Shown here piece after piece: positions 39,302 through 49,070 of a DNA stretch of 64,000 bases. Numbering within the stretch: position 1 is the stretch's first letter; each line of letters begins with the position of its first letter. The notes under the pieces were generated by a model. It saw only the letters and a list, made by a program, of their open reading frames with translations, had not been told where the DNA came from and searched no databases. Both the position numbers and the translations under genes were made by a program. Origin of the DNA: Candidatus Bathyarchaeota archaeon (GTDB taxonomy: Archaea; Thermoproteota; Bathyarchaeia; TCS64); the NCBI GenBank assembly GCA_963780545.1, contig CAWACK010000008.1, forward strand, positions 135,988-199,987, read 5' to 3'.

Positions 39302-40189
39302 GTGTCTTCAGCCGAGAAAGCAGCCACACTTCTAACGAAGATCGATCAAAGGGAGATGAGGGTTCTCCAAGGAATAGAACTTGGTATGACAAAATACGAG
39401 TTCGTCCCAGTCGATGTAGCAGCGAAGTATTCAGGGTTAGCGGATGAAGAAGCAAAACATTGGCTTAGTGAACTTGATAAGAAGGATTTACTTTGGAGGC
39501 AAACTGAGGGATATACTGGCTACATACTGAATTACAATAGTTATGACCTTTTAGCGCTGAATGCTTTGATGAGAGGCGAGGTGATTGATGCCTTAGGGAT
39601 GCCTCTCGGTATGGGAAAAGAGGCGGATGTACTCGAGGCACTGACGCCGGCTGGCGTAGGAGTAGCTGTGAAGTTTCATAGACTTGGCAGAGTAAGTTTT
39701 CGTGACACGAGGCGTAAACGGGAATATCATTCGGGGAGACATCATATCTCTTGGCTTTATCAGTCGAGGTTAGCAGCGGAGAAAGAGTACACTGCACTGA
39801 CTCTAACGTTCAATGCTGGAGTTTCCGTCCCAAAACCAATCTACCAGAATAGGCACACGGTTGTAATGCAGAGGATTGAAGGACACCAACTTTCGGACGT
39901 CCCTACTCTGGACGACCCAGAAGTATTTCTCGATGAGATCTTGGATAATCTCAAGAAGGCCTATAGAGCTGGTGTAATTCACGCCGACATGAGTGAATTC
40001 AACGTAATAATTTCGGACGAGGGTGAGATCTATCTAATAGACTGGCCTCAGTATATTCCCTCAACACATCCCAATGCGGTGGAAATATTACAGAGAGACG
40101 TGTATAACATTTTGACCTATTTCTCGAGAAAGTTCAAGGTAAAAAAGGGTCTCGACGATGCTATGAGTATGGTTAAGAGCTGTGACTGA
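39302..40189 (+). CDS. rio2: RIO2-type serine/threonine kinase
   Basis: N-terminal winged helix, GKEADV, VKFHRLGR.SF, IHADMSEFNV, IDWPQ. Confidence 0.93.
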   Translation: MSSAEKAATLLTKIDQREMRVLQGIELGMTKYEFVPVDVAAKYSGLADEEAKHWLSELDKKDLLWRQTEGYTGYILNYNSYDLLALNALMRGEVIDALGMPLGMGKEADVLEALTPAGVGVAVKFHRLGRVSFRDTRRKREYHSGRHHISWLYQSRLAAEKEYTALTLTFNAGVSVPKPIYQNRHTVVMQRIEGHQLSDVPTLDDPEVFLDEILDNLKKAYRAGVIHADMSEFNVIISDEGEIYLIDWPQYIPSTHPNAVEILQRDVYNILTYFSRKFKVKKGLDDAMSMVKSCD

Positions 40190-40390
40190 TATTGAAATAT
40201 AGAGCCTATCCATTCACATATTTTTGTGGAAGATTTAGTTGATGTCTATTTCGATTATTGTTTAGATTCGTGTGATAGATTGGTTACGTGGTTTACCGGT
40301 TTTAAATATAAATTCATTAGTAAAAAACAATATTCAAGCAAATTTTATTTTATTTATAAAAATTGTTATAAAGATAAAATATTTTAGTAT

Positions 40391-40909
40391 ATGTTGATGA
40401 TTTTGAACTCAATGAAGGGTGAAATCGACCAAAGTGAAGAAAATACAGGATTATATGATATCTTGAGTAATAGTGTCTCTAAAGGAGATATCAACGCGAT
40501 TATTGTTGCTAGTAGAACGGGTAACTTATCTTTAAAAATCGCTGAGAAATTCAAGAACATTAAAATCGTTAGTGTTACAGAGTTTATTTATTCTGACGAT
40601 ATAAAAAAGGAAATGAAAAAAGCTAATATTAACTATATAGAAAAATCCGATCTGCCAATACAGGATAAAGCCACAGTCAGAGATACTTTACTAATGTTTG
40701 GTTCCGGAGTAAAAACTGCTATAGAAGTAGCTACAATTGCGGCGGATAAAGGGCTAGTGAGTGGTAGAGTAATTTCAATATCGGGTGGAAAAAAAGGGAT
40801 AGACACCGCTCTACTTATTAAAACATCTAAAACAAACAATTTATTCGACCCGGATCCTGAAAAAAGATTGGCTATAATAGATTTTCTAATCTTTAAAAAT
40901 AATATTTAA
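40391..40909 (+). CDS. Pyruvate-kinase C-terminal-like domain protein
   Basis: IIVASRTG, TL.MFGSGVK.AIEV...AAD.G, GIDTALL. Confidence 0.75.
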   Translation: MLMILNSMKGEIDQSEENTGLYDILSNSVSKGDINAIIVASRTGNLSLKIAEKFKNIKIVSVTEFIYSDDIKKEMKKANINYIEKSDLPIQDKATVRDTLLMFGSGVKTAIEVATIAADKGLVSGRVISISGGKKGIDTALLIKTSKTNNLFDPDPEKRLAIIDFLIFKNNI

Positions 40910-40963
40910 CTAATTTTTTTAAAATAACATTTTTTTTATCTTTGAGTTATTAGTTATGTACAT

Positions 40964-41545
40964 ATGATTCTAGGTTTCTGTGGAAGTCCAAGATCTGGTG
41001 CCACCGAATATGTGATAAAAGAGGCTCTAAGGATGATTGAAATAAAAGGCCATAAAACAGAGTTCTATTCCATTAAGAATAAAGAAATAAAATATTGTAT
41101 CCATTGCGATTATTGTCTCCAAAAAAAGGGTTGCATTTTTAACGATGACATGAATTTATTGTATGAACTTTTAAAACAGGCAGAAGGAATAATCATTGCA
41201 TCTCCTGTTTATAATGGTGGAATTACTGCTCAAACGAAGGCTGTTTTAGATAGAACCAGAGCAATTGTGGCTGCTAATCCTAAGGTATTTGAAGGGAAAA
41301 AGGGGATCGCTGTTGCTATTGGTGGAGATAGAATTGGGGGCCAGGAGCTGGCAATTCAGCAGATAATTACTTTCTATATTTTGAATGGAATAATTCCTTT
41401 AAGCGGAGGTTTTTTTGGGGCCAATATTGGTGCAACTTTCTGGTCAAAGGATACTCTTGAAGGCGTCAAGGCAGATGAAGAGGGATTTAAAAGCTTAAAC
41501 AAAACCATAAAAAGATTTTTAGATTATATTGATAAAAAGTATTAA
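40964..41545 (+). CDS. Iron-sulfur flavoprotein (Isf / multimeric flavodoxin family)
   Basis: GSPR, C-x2-C-x2-C-x5-C, ASPVY, GGQE. Confidence 0.9.
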   Translation: MILGFCGSPRSGATEYVIKEALRMIEIKGHKTEFYSIKNKEIKYCIHCDYCLQKKGCIFNDDMNLLYELLKQAEGIIIASPVYNGGITAQTKAVLDRTRAIVAANPKVFEGKKGIAVAIGGDRIGGQELAIQQIITFYILNGIIPLSGGFFGANIGATFWSKDTLEGVKADEEGFKSLNKTIKRFLDYIDKKY

Positions 41546-41565
41546 AACATGGAGTTATCTTACTG

Positions 41566-42114
41566 ATGCAAAAAAAAATAAAAATCGCTTGGGGAATTAC
41601 GGGAAGTGGAGATAAAATAAGAGAAACATGTGAGATAATGTCCAAACTCTCACAAAATTATAAGGAAAAATATGATGTTGAAATATTTGTATCAAAATCT
41701 GGTGAACAGGTTTTAAGATATTACAAACTTATTAATTCGTTAAAAAATAATTTTAACAAGATTTGGATTGAAAAAGATGCAAATACCCCGTTCTTAGCGG
41801 GACGCTTACAAATTGGGGAATTTAAGCTGTTATTAATTGCACCAGCTACATCTAATACAGTTGCGAAAGTTGCACATGGGATATCGGATACAATGCTAAC
41901 AAATGGTATTATACAGGCTTTGAAGGTTTATGTCCCAGTATTTATCATGCCTAGTGACTTAAATGAAGGAGAAACTACGACTGTTTTACCTAATAGCCGT
42001 ATAATGAAAATTCGTGTAAGAAAGGAGGATGCTAATAACGTGAAAACCATTTCGAGTATGGATGGAATAACAATCATCGAAAAGATACAGGATTTAACGC
42101 ATATTTTTGAATAA
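41566..42114 (+). CDS. afpA: Archaeal flavoprotein AfpA family
   Basis: IAWGITGSG, ANTPFLAG.LQ.G, APATSNTVAK..GISDT. Confidence 0.85.
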   Translation: MQKKIKIAWGITGSGDKIRETCEIMSKLSQNYKEKYDVEIFVSKSGEQVLRYYKLINSLKNNFNKIWIEKDANTPFLAGRLQIGEFKLLLIAPATSNTVAKVAHGISDTMLTNGIIQALKVYVPVFIMPSDLNEGETTTVLPNSRIMKIRVRKEDANNVKTISSMDGITIIEKIQDLTHIFE

Positions 42115-42128
42115 TTTCAAAGTGTGAG

Positions 42129-43079
42129 TCAATACCTCCACCCGCTTAGAAGTAAAAGAAAAAGCGAGGCAGCAGTTAAGTCTGCGGTTGTTCCAGGATT
42201 AAGTAAACCATCTGTGCCCTGAAGTTCAATATCAAGCTTTTCTGTTAGGCTTCTGCCTGTCTCTGAACCGTATCCACCGTGATCAAGGATCTCTCTCGCC
42301 CTATCACTAACAAATTTAGCTGCCATTAAATCATTTTTTCTCACAATGAGCGAGTCTGGGTTTTCGGAGAGAAGATAAAGAAATGTGTCAATCGTTGCTG
42401 TATTAATGTTACAAGAGCTTTTAATCGCTTCAACTAAGTAGGGATATCCTTTCTTAGCGGTTATGCTGTACCCTGTAATCCATTCTTTACAAATCGTATC
42501 TCTTTCAGCGCATTTCATGAAAACGTCATAAAGAGTAATTTTATCTCTGAGAATTTGCTTAATTGAAGATTTCTCATTGACATCTAAATCCGATGCTGAG
42601 CCGAGTACCTTTTCGGTCATTGAATAACGGATCGAACGATAAACAGATACAGCGTCTTTTGGAGTAGTGGACTTCATCGCTTTAATCGCCACTTGAATTA
42701 AATCATCAACTCGGATGCTTTCATCTCCTAAAATATATCCAGCAGCTGCAGCTATCGGAGCGAATAATAGGACGATTCCGAGGTTTACATTTCCTCCACT
42801 TTGCCATTTGAAAGAGTTCTTAATTGCTGAATAGACACAATTCCCCAATCCCAACTCTTCCCAGGTTTTATGTTCGGTTTTTACATCAAAACCAGCTTTT
42901 GAAAGTGTGTTTATTGAAGGTGAAATAGCGATGCTTCCAGCTAGAAAATGTTCATATTTTGTTGTCATAAAATCGTGTAATCGGTGAACATTTCCAGGCT
43001 TAGGGTAAGCTGATACCTCAAGAAGTGTAGCTAATTGAGCACAGCCTGCAACATAATTCCCAACTTGAGATTTTCTCAA
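42129..43079 (-). CDS. citG: CitG-family triphosphoribosyl transferase
   Basis: LEVSAYPKPGNVHR, NVNLGIVLL, DSLIVRK, NPGTTADL. Confidence 0.9.
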   Translation of the reverse strand: MRKSQVGNYVAGCAQLATLLEVSAYPKPGNVHRLHDFMTTKYEHFLAGSIAISPSINTLSKAGFDVKTEHKTWEELGLGNCVYSAIKNSFKWQSGGNVNLGIVLLFAPIAAAAGYILGDESIRVDDLIQVAIKAMKSTTPKDAVSVYRSIRYSMTEKVLGSASDLDVNEKSSIKQILRDKITLYDVFMKCAERDTICKEWITGYSITAKKGYPYLVEAIKSSCNINTATIDTFLYLLSENPDSLIVRKNDLMAAKFVSDRAREILDHGGYGSETGRSLTEKLDIELQGTDGLLNPGTTADLTAASLFLLLLSGWRY

Positions 43080-43141
43080 GGTGAATCAAAGGTTGATCTT
43101 AACTGCATCTACTTATATGGTTCGTCGAAAATAGATTCGCT

Positions 43142-44152
43142 GTGATAAATTATAACGGGTTAATTGAGGGAGATTTCATAGAGACGATAGATGGGCTTTT
43201 TTTTGCTGTTAAGGGTTTTAGACATCCAGTGGATCGTGTCATAGCTTATTTACGCTATGTTCCCGATCCTCTTGGGGATAGAAAATTAAAAAACATCAAA
43301 TATAGAAGAGTATATGATTTAGAAGATACTAAAAATTATCTGATAAAACATTACCCAGTTTATCTAAGTTGGGTTGAATATATATCTCAAAGTTTACAAA
43401 CTGTACCTCATTCAAGGATAAAAAAAATTTACAAACCTAGAGAAGGGGTTAAGAAAATGTATAGAAACAAAAAAACAAAATTAGATCAATTAACATGTCA
43501 ATTTATATCTAGTTTATTGAATCAAAGTAAGGTATCTAAAGAAAGTATCGGTGTATCTGGTTCATTACTAATTGGATTAGCTACAGAGGATTCTGACATA
43601 GATCTTATAGTATATGGTGAAAAAAATGGTAGAAAAATATATGATAAGTTAATTAAAATGAGAAATTCAAGTGTGACTTACCCTCTTGATCTTAAAAATG
43701 CAACTAAAATCTCTATATCTAGATGGGGTAAAACGAGTATAAAAACTGAAAAATTTATCGAAAACGAAATAGAAAAAAAACTGCATGGCCTTTTTAATGA
43801 AAAAGAATACTTTATTAGATTAATCAATGTCCCGATGATTGAAGAAACGGCTAAACCATTAAAACTTGTAAAGAGTAGAGCCACTATAAAAGAAGATAAG
43901 GACTCAATTTTCACTCCTTGTACTTATAAAATTGAAGACATTGAAGGTTCTGGAAAAATGAATTTACCAAATATCACAGAGTTATGGAGTCTAAGAGGAA
44001 AATTTACTGAACAAGCAAAAAAAGGTGATGTAGTTGAATTTGAAGGAACTATTGAAGAAGTAGTTATAAATAAAGAAAAAAAATATAGAGTTGCTTTGAT
44101 TAGCGATCATGATTACCTAATTCCATTAAGATATTTGGCCGATACATTTTAG
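43142..44152 (+). CDS. DNA polymerase beta superfamily nucleotidyltransferase
   Basis: GVSGSLLIGLATEDSDIDLIVYG (GS...DxD signature); N-terminal GLFFAVKG..HP..RVIAYLRY. Confidence 0.82.
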   Translation: MINYNGLIEGDFIETIDGLFFAVKGFRHPVDRVIAYLRYVPDPLGDRKLKNIKYRRVYDLEDTKNYLIKHYPVYLSWVEYISQSLQTVPHSRIKKIYKPREGVKKMYRNKKTKLDQLTCQFISSLLNQSKVSKESIGVSGSLLIGLATEDSDIDLIVYGEKNGRKIYDKLIKMRNSSVTYPLDLKNATKISISRWGKTSIKTEKFIENEIEKKLHGLFNEKEYFIRLINVPMIEETAKPLKLVKSRATIKEDKDSIFTPCTYKIEDIEGSGKMNLPNITELWSLRGKFTEQAKKGDVVEFEGTIEEVVINKEKKYRVALISDHDYLIPLRYLADTF

Positions 44153-44186
44153 TAATTATTATAAATAGTATCTCTTACCTGATTCG

Positions 44187-44828
44187 ATGAATCGAAGCGC
44201 TATTAAAAAAAAATTGGATCAAATGGGGTTCGATTATGGTAGCACTATGGAGATAATATTGACGACTTGGAACAATGATGGAACGGTTAACGCAGCGCCT
44301 ATGGGCATTGTGAGAGACATTAAAGACCAAATAATAATTAGGCCCTATAAATCAAGTAACACTTATAGAAACATGTTGAGGAATAATGAGGCCTGTATTA
44401 ACCTAACTCAGGATTCAGAAATTTTTTTGAAGACGGCTTTTAAAGATGAAAATTTAGGTCCATATCTTATAAAAGATGGTAAGCTTTCACTTGATGGGTC
44501 AGATGCTTCCATTCAAGTAAAAATTATCAATTTTGAATCTGAGAATGAAAATAGATCTACTTTCACCTGTAGTATTCAACAAATTATTACGAAAAAAAGA
44601 ATTCCTATAGGTTTCAGTCGAGGAAAAAATAATGCGATAGAAGCAATGATCCATGCGAGTCATATGAGATATAAGATAAATGAAAGTGATGAAGACATTA
44701 AGACGGATCTAATTAATTTTAATTATAATATTCAAGTAATAAAGAAAGTTTCTGCGGTTAATTCGATTGAAATGAAGGTCGCGTGTAAGCTAGAATCATT
44801 GGTTGAAAAATGGAGGCTGATAAAATAA
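44187..44828 (+). CDS. DUF447 family protein (FMN split-barrel-like)
   Basis: EIILTT....NAAPMGI, S.TY.N, SRG..AIEA.IHAS. Confidence 0.82.
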   Translation: MNRSAIKKKLDQMGFDYGSTMEIILTTWNNDGTVNAAPMGIVRDIKDQIIIRPYKSSNTYRNMLRNNEACINLTQDSEIFLKTAFKDENLGPYLIKDGKLSLDGSDASIQVKIINFESENENRSTFTCSIQQIITKKRIPIGFSRGKNNAIEAMIHASHMRYKINESDEDIKTDLINFNYNIQVIKKVSAVNSIEMKVACKLESLVEKWRLIK

Positions 44829-45811
44829 AGGTCATTGTATCCACACCTGCTAGGTTACATTTCGGCATAGTCGATATGAGAGGTGATCTTGGAAGGATTC
44901 ATGGGAGTGTTGGAGTTGCTATTAATGAACCTAGATTAATTATCAGTGCTACTCGATCTCCCACTCTAAAAGTCACAGGATCTAGGTCAAATAGGATATT
45001 GGAATTCGCCAAGATCATTCTTGATGAAGCTGGAATAAGTGAAGGCGTCGATTTTCAGGTAATAAAAGACATACCTGAACATGCAGGCTTTGGATCAGGG
45101 ACTCAGTTGGCCCTTGCTGTCGGTTCTTCAATATCACGTCTATTCGATCTTGATCTAAACGTCACGAATATAACAATGAAATTATCAAGGTCAAAGGTAT
45201 CTGGAATCGGGACTCTGACTTTTCAGCATGGGGGTTTCATTGTGGATGGTGGACGAAGGGTCGATAATTTAAGGTCTGTACCGCCTTTGGTATTCCATTC
45301 GGATATTCCATTAAAATGGCGCTTCGTTATTGGTGTACCCGAAATCAACCAATTCATAAGTGGGGAGACAGAGAAAAATGCCTTCAAAGCATTCGAGCCA
45401 CCCTCTCAAGAACTTGTGGGTGAGGCTGCTAGAATTGTATTAATGAAAATGATTCCGAGTCTCATCGAGAAGGATATAGTTGCTTTCGGGGAATCAATGA
45501 CCGACCTCGATTTCAAGTTTGGTGAATATTGGATGAAGGTACAAGGAGGGCGGTATAGTCACCCGGTTATTGAAGCGGGAGTAACTCATTTGTTAAAGTC
45601 TGGTTCATATGGTGCTGGACAGAGCTCATGGGGCCCTGCGTTCTACGGGTTAGCTGATGGGGAAAAACATGCAAGGGAACTCACAGAAAGTCTTAATGAA
45701 TTCTTGAATTCTAAAGGCAGACGGGGTACAGCATTTTTTACCCAGGCGGATAATAAAGGCGCCATATTTCAGGAAAAAAAAGATAATGATTACAATGGGG
45801 AAATTCATTGA
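44810..45811 (+). CDS. mptG: Beta-ribofuranosylaminobenzene 5'-phosphate (RFAP) synthase
   Basis: PARLHFG, PEHAGFGSGTQLALA, SGIG...F..GGFIVDGG, GQSSWGP. Confidence 0.9.
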   Translation: MEADKIKVIVSTPARLHFGIVDMRGDLGRIHGSVGVAINEPRLIISATRSPTLKVTGSRSNRILEFAKIILDEAGISEGVDFQVIKDIPEHAGFGSGTQLALAVGSSISRLFDLDLNVTNITMKLSRSKVSGIGTLTFQHGGFIVDGGRRVDNLRSVPPLVFHSDIPLKWRFVIGVPEINQFISGETEKNAFKAFEPPSQELVGEAARIVLMKMIPSLIEKDIVAFGESMTDLDFKFGEYWMKVQGGRYSHPVIEAGVTHLLKSGSYGAGQSSWGPAFYGLADGEKHARELTESLNEFLNSKGRRGTAFFTQADNKGAIFQEKKDNDYNGEIH

Positions 45812-47373
45812 AAGTTTTGGCAGTCACCGGAAAAATGGCGGAAAATATAGTCAAAAAATATGTAAAAGAAATTGGCCTCGATATAGATGTCCAAGTACTA
45901 CCTATCTCTGTTGCTGCATTTATCACACCGGAATTCACTATCGAGCATCTATCATCTATGACAAACAAAGACTATGATATGATCTTATTACCTGGGTCGG
46001 TTCAGGGGGACGTTTCAATCGTAGAAAAAAAGATTGGCATTCCAACGTTTAAAGGGCCGACACATGCAGCGGATATAGCCATATGCTTCGAGGAAGGGGT
46101 AGAACTTTCAAAAACTCTTTCAGCTACGGAGGTCGTAAAATCGGCTGTTAATAAAAGAGCCTTTGAGGCAATTGATTCTATTAAGAAAAATTGGGAGGAG
46201 ATTTATCGTAAATATGGAGGTTTAATCATAGGTTCATCAAAAAGACCTTTGGCGATAGGTCGTCATTTCCCTATGCCTATCGTCGCTGAAATTGTCAACG
46301 CTCCAATTAGAAGCATGGAGGAGATAATAAAGTTAGCAAGATATTACGAATCGGAAGGCGCAGGGATCATCGATTTAGGGATGATAGCTACAAAACCTCT
46401 TCCTGAAACAATACCAAAAATAGTAGAGACTATTAGATCTTCAGTTAATCTTCCCATAAGCATTGACACACTTAATGAAGAAGAAATTATTGCAGCCGCG
46501 AGATCTGACATTGATCTCATCTTAAGCATAGATGCTGGGAATATGGAGAAACTAGTCGACACTTGCCATGATACTCCGGTTGTAGTTCTTCCTTCGAATA
46601 TTAGAAAAGGAAGACTGCCTCGAGAAGCTGAGGCGAGGGTGAGAAGCCTCAATTTTAACATTAAAAAGGCGAGAAAGCTAGGGTACACCAAAATAATCGC
46701 TGATCCGGTGCTTGAGCCAGTATTTCAGCCAGGGTTGATAAACTCCTTAAAAGCATACTACCTTTTTCGAATGAGTGATCAGATAACCCCAACCCTATTT
46801 GGATTGGGTAACGTCAGTGAACTGATGGACGTTGATTCGGTTGGGTTAAATGGATTATTGACGGCCATCGCTTATGAGGTCGATGCGAATCTCCTTTTCA
46901 CACCCGAGTATAGTAACAAGACAAAGAAGAGCGTTCACGAGTTATATATAGCATCTCAAATGATGTTCTTAGCTAAAAACAATGAGAAGGTACCTAAAGA
47001 TATAGGCATAGATTTGCTTATTCTTAAGGAGAAGCGATGGATAGAGCAACCTAGGGAGGAAATAGAGGCTAATTCTACCCCAATTCATAGAGCTTTCAGA
47101 GACTCGAAATTTGAACCAGATAGCAAAGGATGGTTCAAGATCCAAGTTAATAGAGATACAAAGAGAATTGAGGCTCTATATCATCACTATGGAGATGATA
47201 GACTAAAAGCCGTCGTTTCTGGCAGGGAAGCCACAGAAATCTATCAAACCATCATTAGAGAAGAAATGATTGAAAACTTGGATCATGCTGCTTATCTTGG
47301 CAGGGAGCTTGCTAAAGCCGAGATGGCCCTTAAACTTAATCGATCTTATGTTCAAGATGAGAAACTTTTCTAA
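45808..47373 (+). CDS. Dihydropteroate synthase-related protein (archaeal long form)
   Basis: VTGKMA, VAAFIT, AEIVNAP, IIDLG, SIDT, DPVL, GNVSELMDVDS.G; C-terminal D.KG.F...HAAYLGREL domain. Confidence 0.88.
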   Translation: MKVLAVTGKMAENIVKKYVKEIGLDIDVQVLPISVAAFITPEFTIEHLSSMTNKDYDMILLPGSVQGDVSIVEKKIGIPTFKGPTHAADIAICFEEGVELSKTLSATEVVKSAVNKRAFEAIDSIKKNWEEIYRKYGGLIIGSSKRPLAIGRHFPMPIVAEIVNAPIRSMEEIIKLARYYESEGAGIIDLGMIATKPLPETIPKIVETIRSSVNLPISIDTLNEEEIIAAARSDIDLILSIDAGNMEKLVDTCHDTPVVVLPSNIRKGRLPREAEARVRSLNFNIKKARKLGYTKIIADPVLEPVFQPGLINSLKAYYLFRMSDQITPTLFGLGNVSELMDVDSVGLNGLLTAIAYEVDANLLFTPEYSNKTKKSVHELYIASQMMFLAKNNEKVPKDIGIDLLILKEKRWIEQPREEIEANSTPIHRAFRDSKFEPDSKGWFKIQVNRDTKRIEALYHHYGDDRLKAVVSGREATEIYQTIIREEMIENLDHAAYLGRELAKAEMALKLNRSYVQDEKLF

Positions 47374-48214
47374 AATCTTCATCCAATTTTATAATAATTA
47401 TTGGCGTATGCTCAACGCTATCGAGCATCTCGTATGATACACCCGTCAAGCCTGTACTAAATCTAGTTGACATGCCCCACGCTGTTCTTCCCCCTCCAGG
47501 CTCAGTAGTCTTATGCGCGATTTTAGTAAACCATAACATTCTGTCTGGGTTAAGTGGTTCACCTACATATGCAACTGGTGTAGGTCGTGCCCTTAAATTG
47601 AATAATCTGCCCAAGATAAAAGAAAAAAATCCACCGAAATGTATGAAACCAGGGGTCTGAACCCTGCGAGGAGCTATATGTAAATTTCTCCAGGAGAATG
47701 TTGAGTCTCCGTCCGCAATTATTATATTTACGTTTAATCCCGTTCTCCTAAGTATTTCCTCCCTAATTTTATATGCAATTTTCTCGGGTTTGATTAGAGG
47801 TAAACTTACAAAGGAATATGGGAGGTTACTTGCATCGATTCCTCCTTCAGAATAATGTCTAAGGGCCTGTAGAAGGCCTACTTTTCGCAGTGCAAGTTGC
47901 TTATGTCTTGCCCCATAATAAATAGGATAGTTTCTAAGGTTTGTTATGGTTTTTTGTTTGAGACCTGTTAATCGGCCTAATGGTCCTCCCCATATTCTCC
48001 GCATCCAAATGTTAGCTATCGCATTTGCTACGATTCCTGGCTTTATCTTCGACTCATCAACTACTAATCCACATGCAGTTGCTAGGGCTTTTTCTGAAAT
48101 TACTAAATATGTACCATCACTTATCTTCCCATTTATATTAGAAAGGATCTCCTCTATCACAGATGTGCCGGGTCTCCAGTATCTCGTTTTGATCTTCCTA
48201 ATCTTAAGCTTCAA
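47336..48214 (-). CDS. CofE-like (F420-0:gamma-glutamyl ligase superfamily) protein
   Basis: TRYWRPG, VISEKA, SEGGIDASNLP, IADGD; start may be TTG 48214 or 48244. Confidence 0.75.
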   Translation of the reverse strand: MKLKIRKIKTRYWRPGTSVIEEILSNINGKISDGTYLVISEKALATACGLVVDESKIKPGIVANAIANIWMRRIWGGPLGRLTGLKQKTITNLRNYPIYYGARHKQLALRKVGLLQALRHYSEGGIDASNLPYSFVSLPLIKPEKIAYKIREEILRRTGLNVNIIIADGDSTFSWRNLHIAPRRVQTPGFIHFGGFFSFILGRLFNLRARPTPVAYVGEPLNPDRMLWFTKIAHKTTEPGGGRTAWGMSTRFSTGLTGVSYEMLDSVEHTPIIIIKLDEDFRKVSHLEHKID

Positions 48215-48272
48215 ATAACAACCCAGCCCTGGAGTACGGCTCAAATATAATGATGGCTTATAACACCTGAGA

Positions 48273-49070
48273 TTAAGTATTATTCATCTCGATAAGATAT
48301 TTTTCCAAGTTTTTAATTTCCTTCATCGCAAGCGCGTTCACATTATAATCAATTAGAGAAACACCTTTCATATCAGCTTCGACTACCGAGGAGTCATATG
48401 GAATATAAGCCGCGACGTACAAACCGAACTGTCTCATTTTTTCGTCAATAAATTGCTTTTCGTAAGGTGAATTGATTTTATTCCCTACCGCAACCAAGTT
48501 TTTTATCTCGACGTCTTTGGCCAGCTTTATGATGTGCCGCACTGTGTCGATGGACTTCATCCTAGGTTCAACAATTACAAGCATCACATCCATTTGCCTA
48601 GCAGTACCACGTCCAAAGTGTTCTAAACCCGCTTCCATATCCATAATAATAGCTTCATTTCGTTGAATTACGAGATGTTGAACAAGCACTCTCAACAGGG
48701 CATTCGCCCCACACATGCACCCTGAGTTTCCTGCTTTTATGGTTCCCATTACAAGGAGTTTCACACCGTCGGGAGCATCTACACCGAATCTTTCGACGAT
48801 ATCATTCACTCTAGGAGTCATGTTGAAGACACCTCCGAATGTTTGATCCGAGGCTATGCCTGTTTTTTCTTCGATCAGGGAGGCGTTATCAGATAATGGG
48901 ATGATCTTATCGGCGATTTCTGGTTTTATTCCTAATGCTGTAGCTAAATTTAGATTCGGATCAGCGTCAGCCGCAAGGACCTTGTATCCATCACGTGCTA
49001 GCAAACGTGCTAGGTTAGCTGATATTAGAGTCTTACCTACCCCCCCTTTACCCGCCACAGCGATTTTCAT
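48273..49070 (-). CDS. cooC: CODH/ACS nickel-insertion ATPase (CooC/AcsF)
   Basis: GKGGVGKT, DADP, GCMC, DMEAGLEHFGRG. Confidence 0.92.
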   Translation of the reverse strand: MKIAVAGKGGVGKTLISANLARLLARDGYKVLAADADPNLNLATALGIKPEIADKIIPLSDNASLIEEKTGIASDQTFGGVFNMTPRVNDIVERFGVDAPDGVKLLVMGTIKAGNSGCMCGANALLRVLVQHLVIQRNEAIIMDMEAGLEHFGRGTARQMDVMLVIVEPRMKSIDTVRHIIKLAKDVEIKNLVAVGNKINSPYEKQFIDEKMRQFGLYVAAYIPYDSSVVEADMKGVSLIDYNVNALAMKEIKNLEKYLIEMNNT

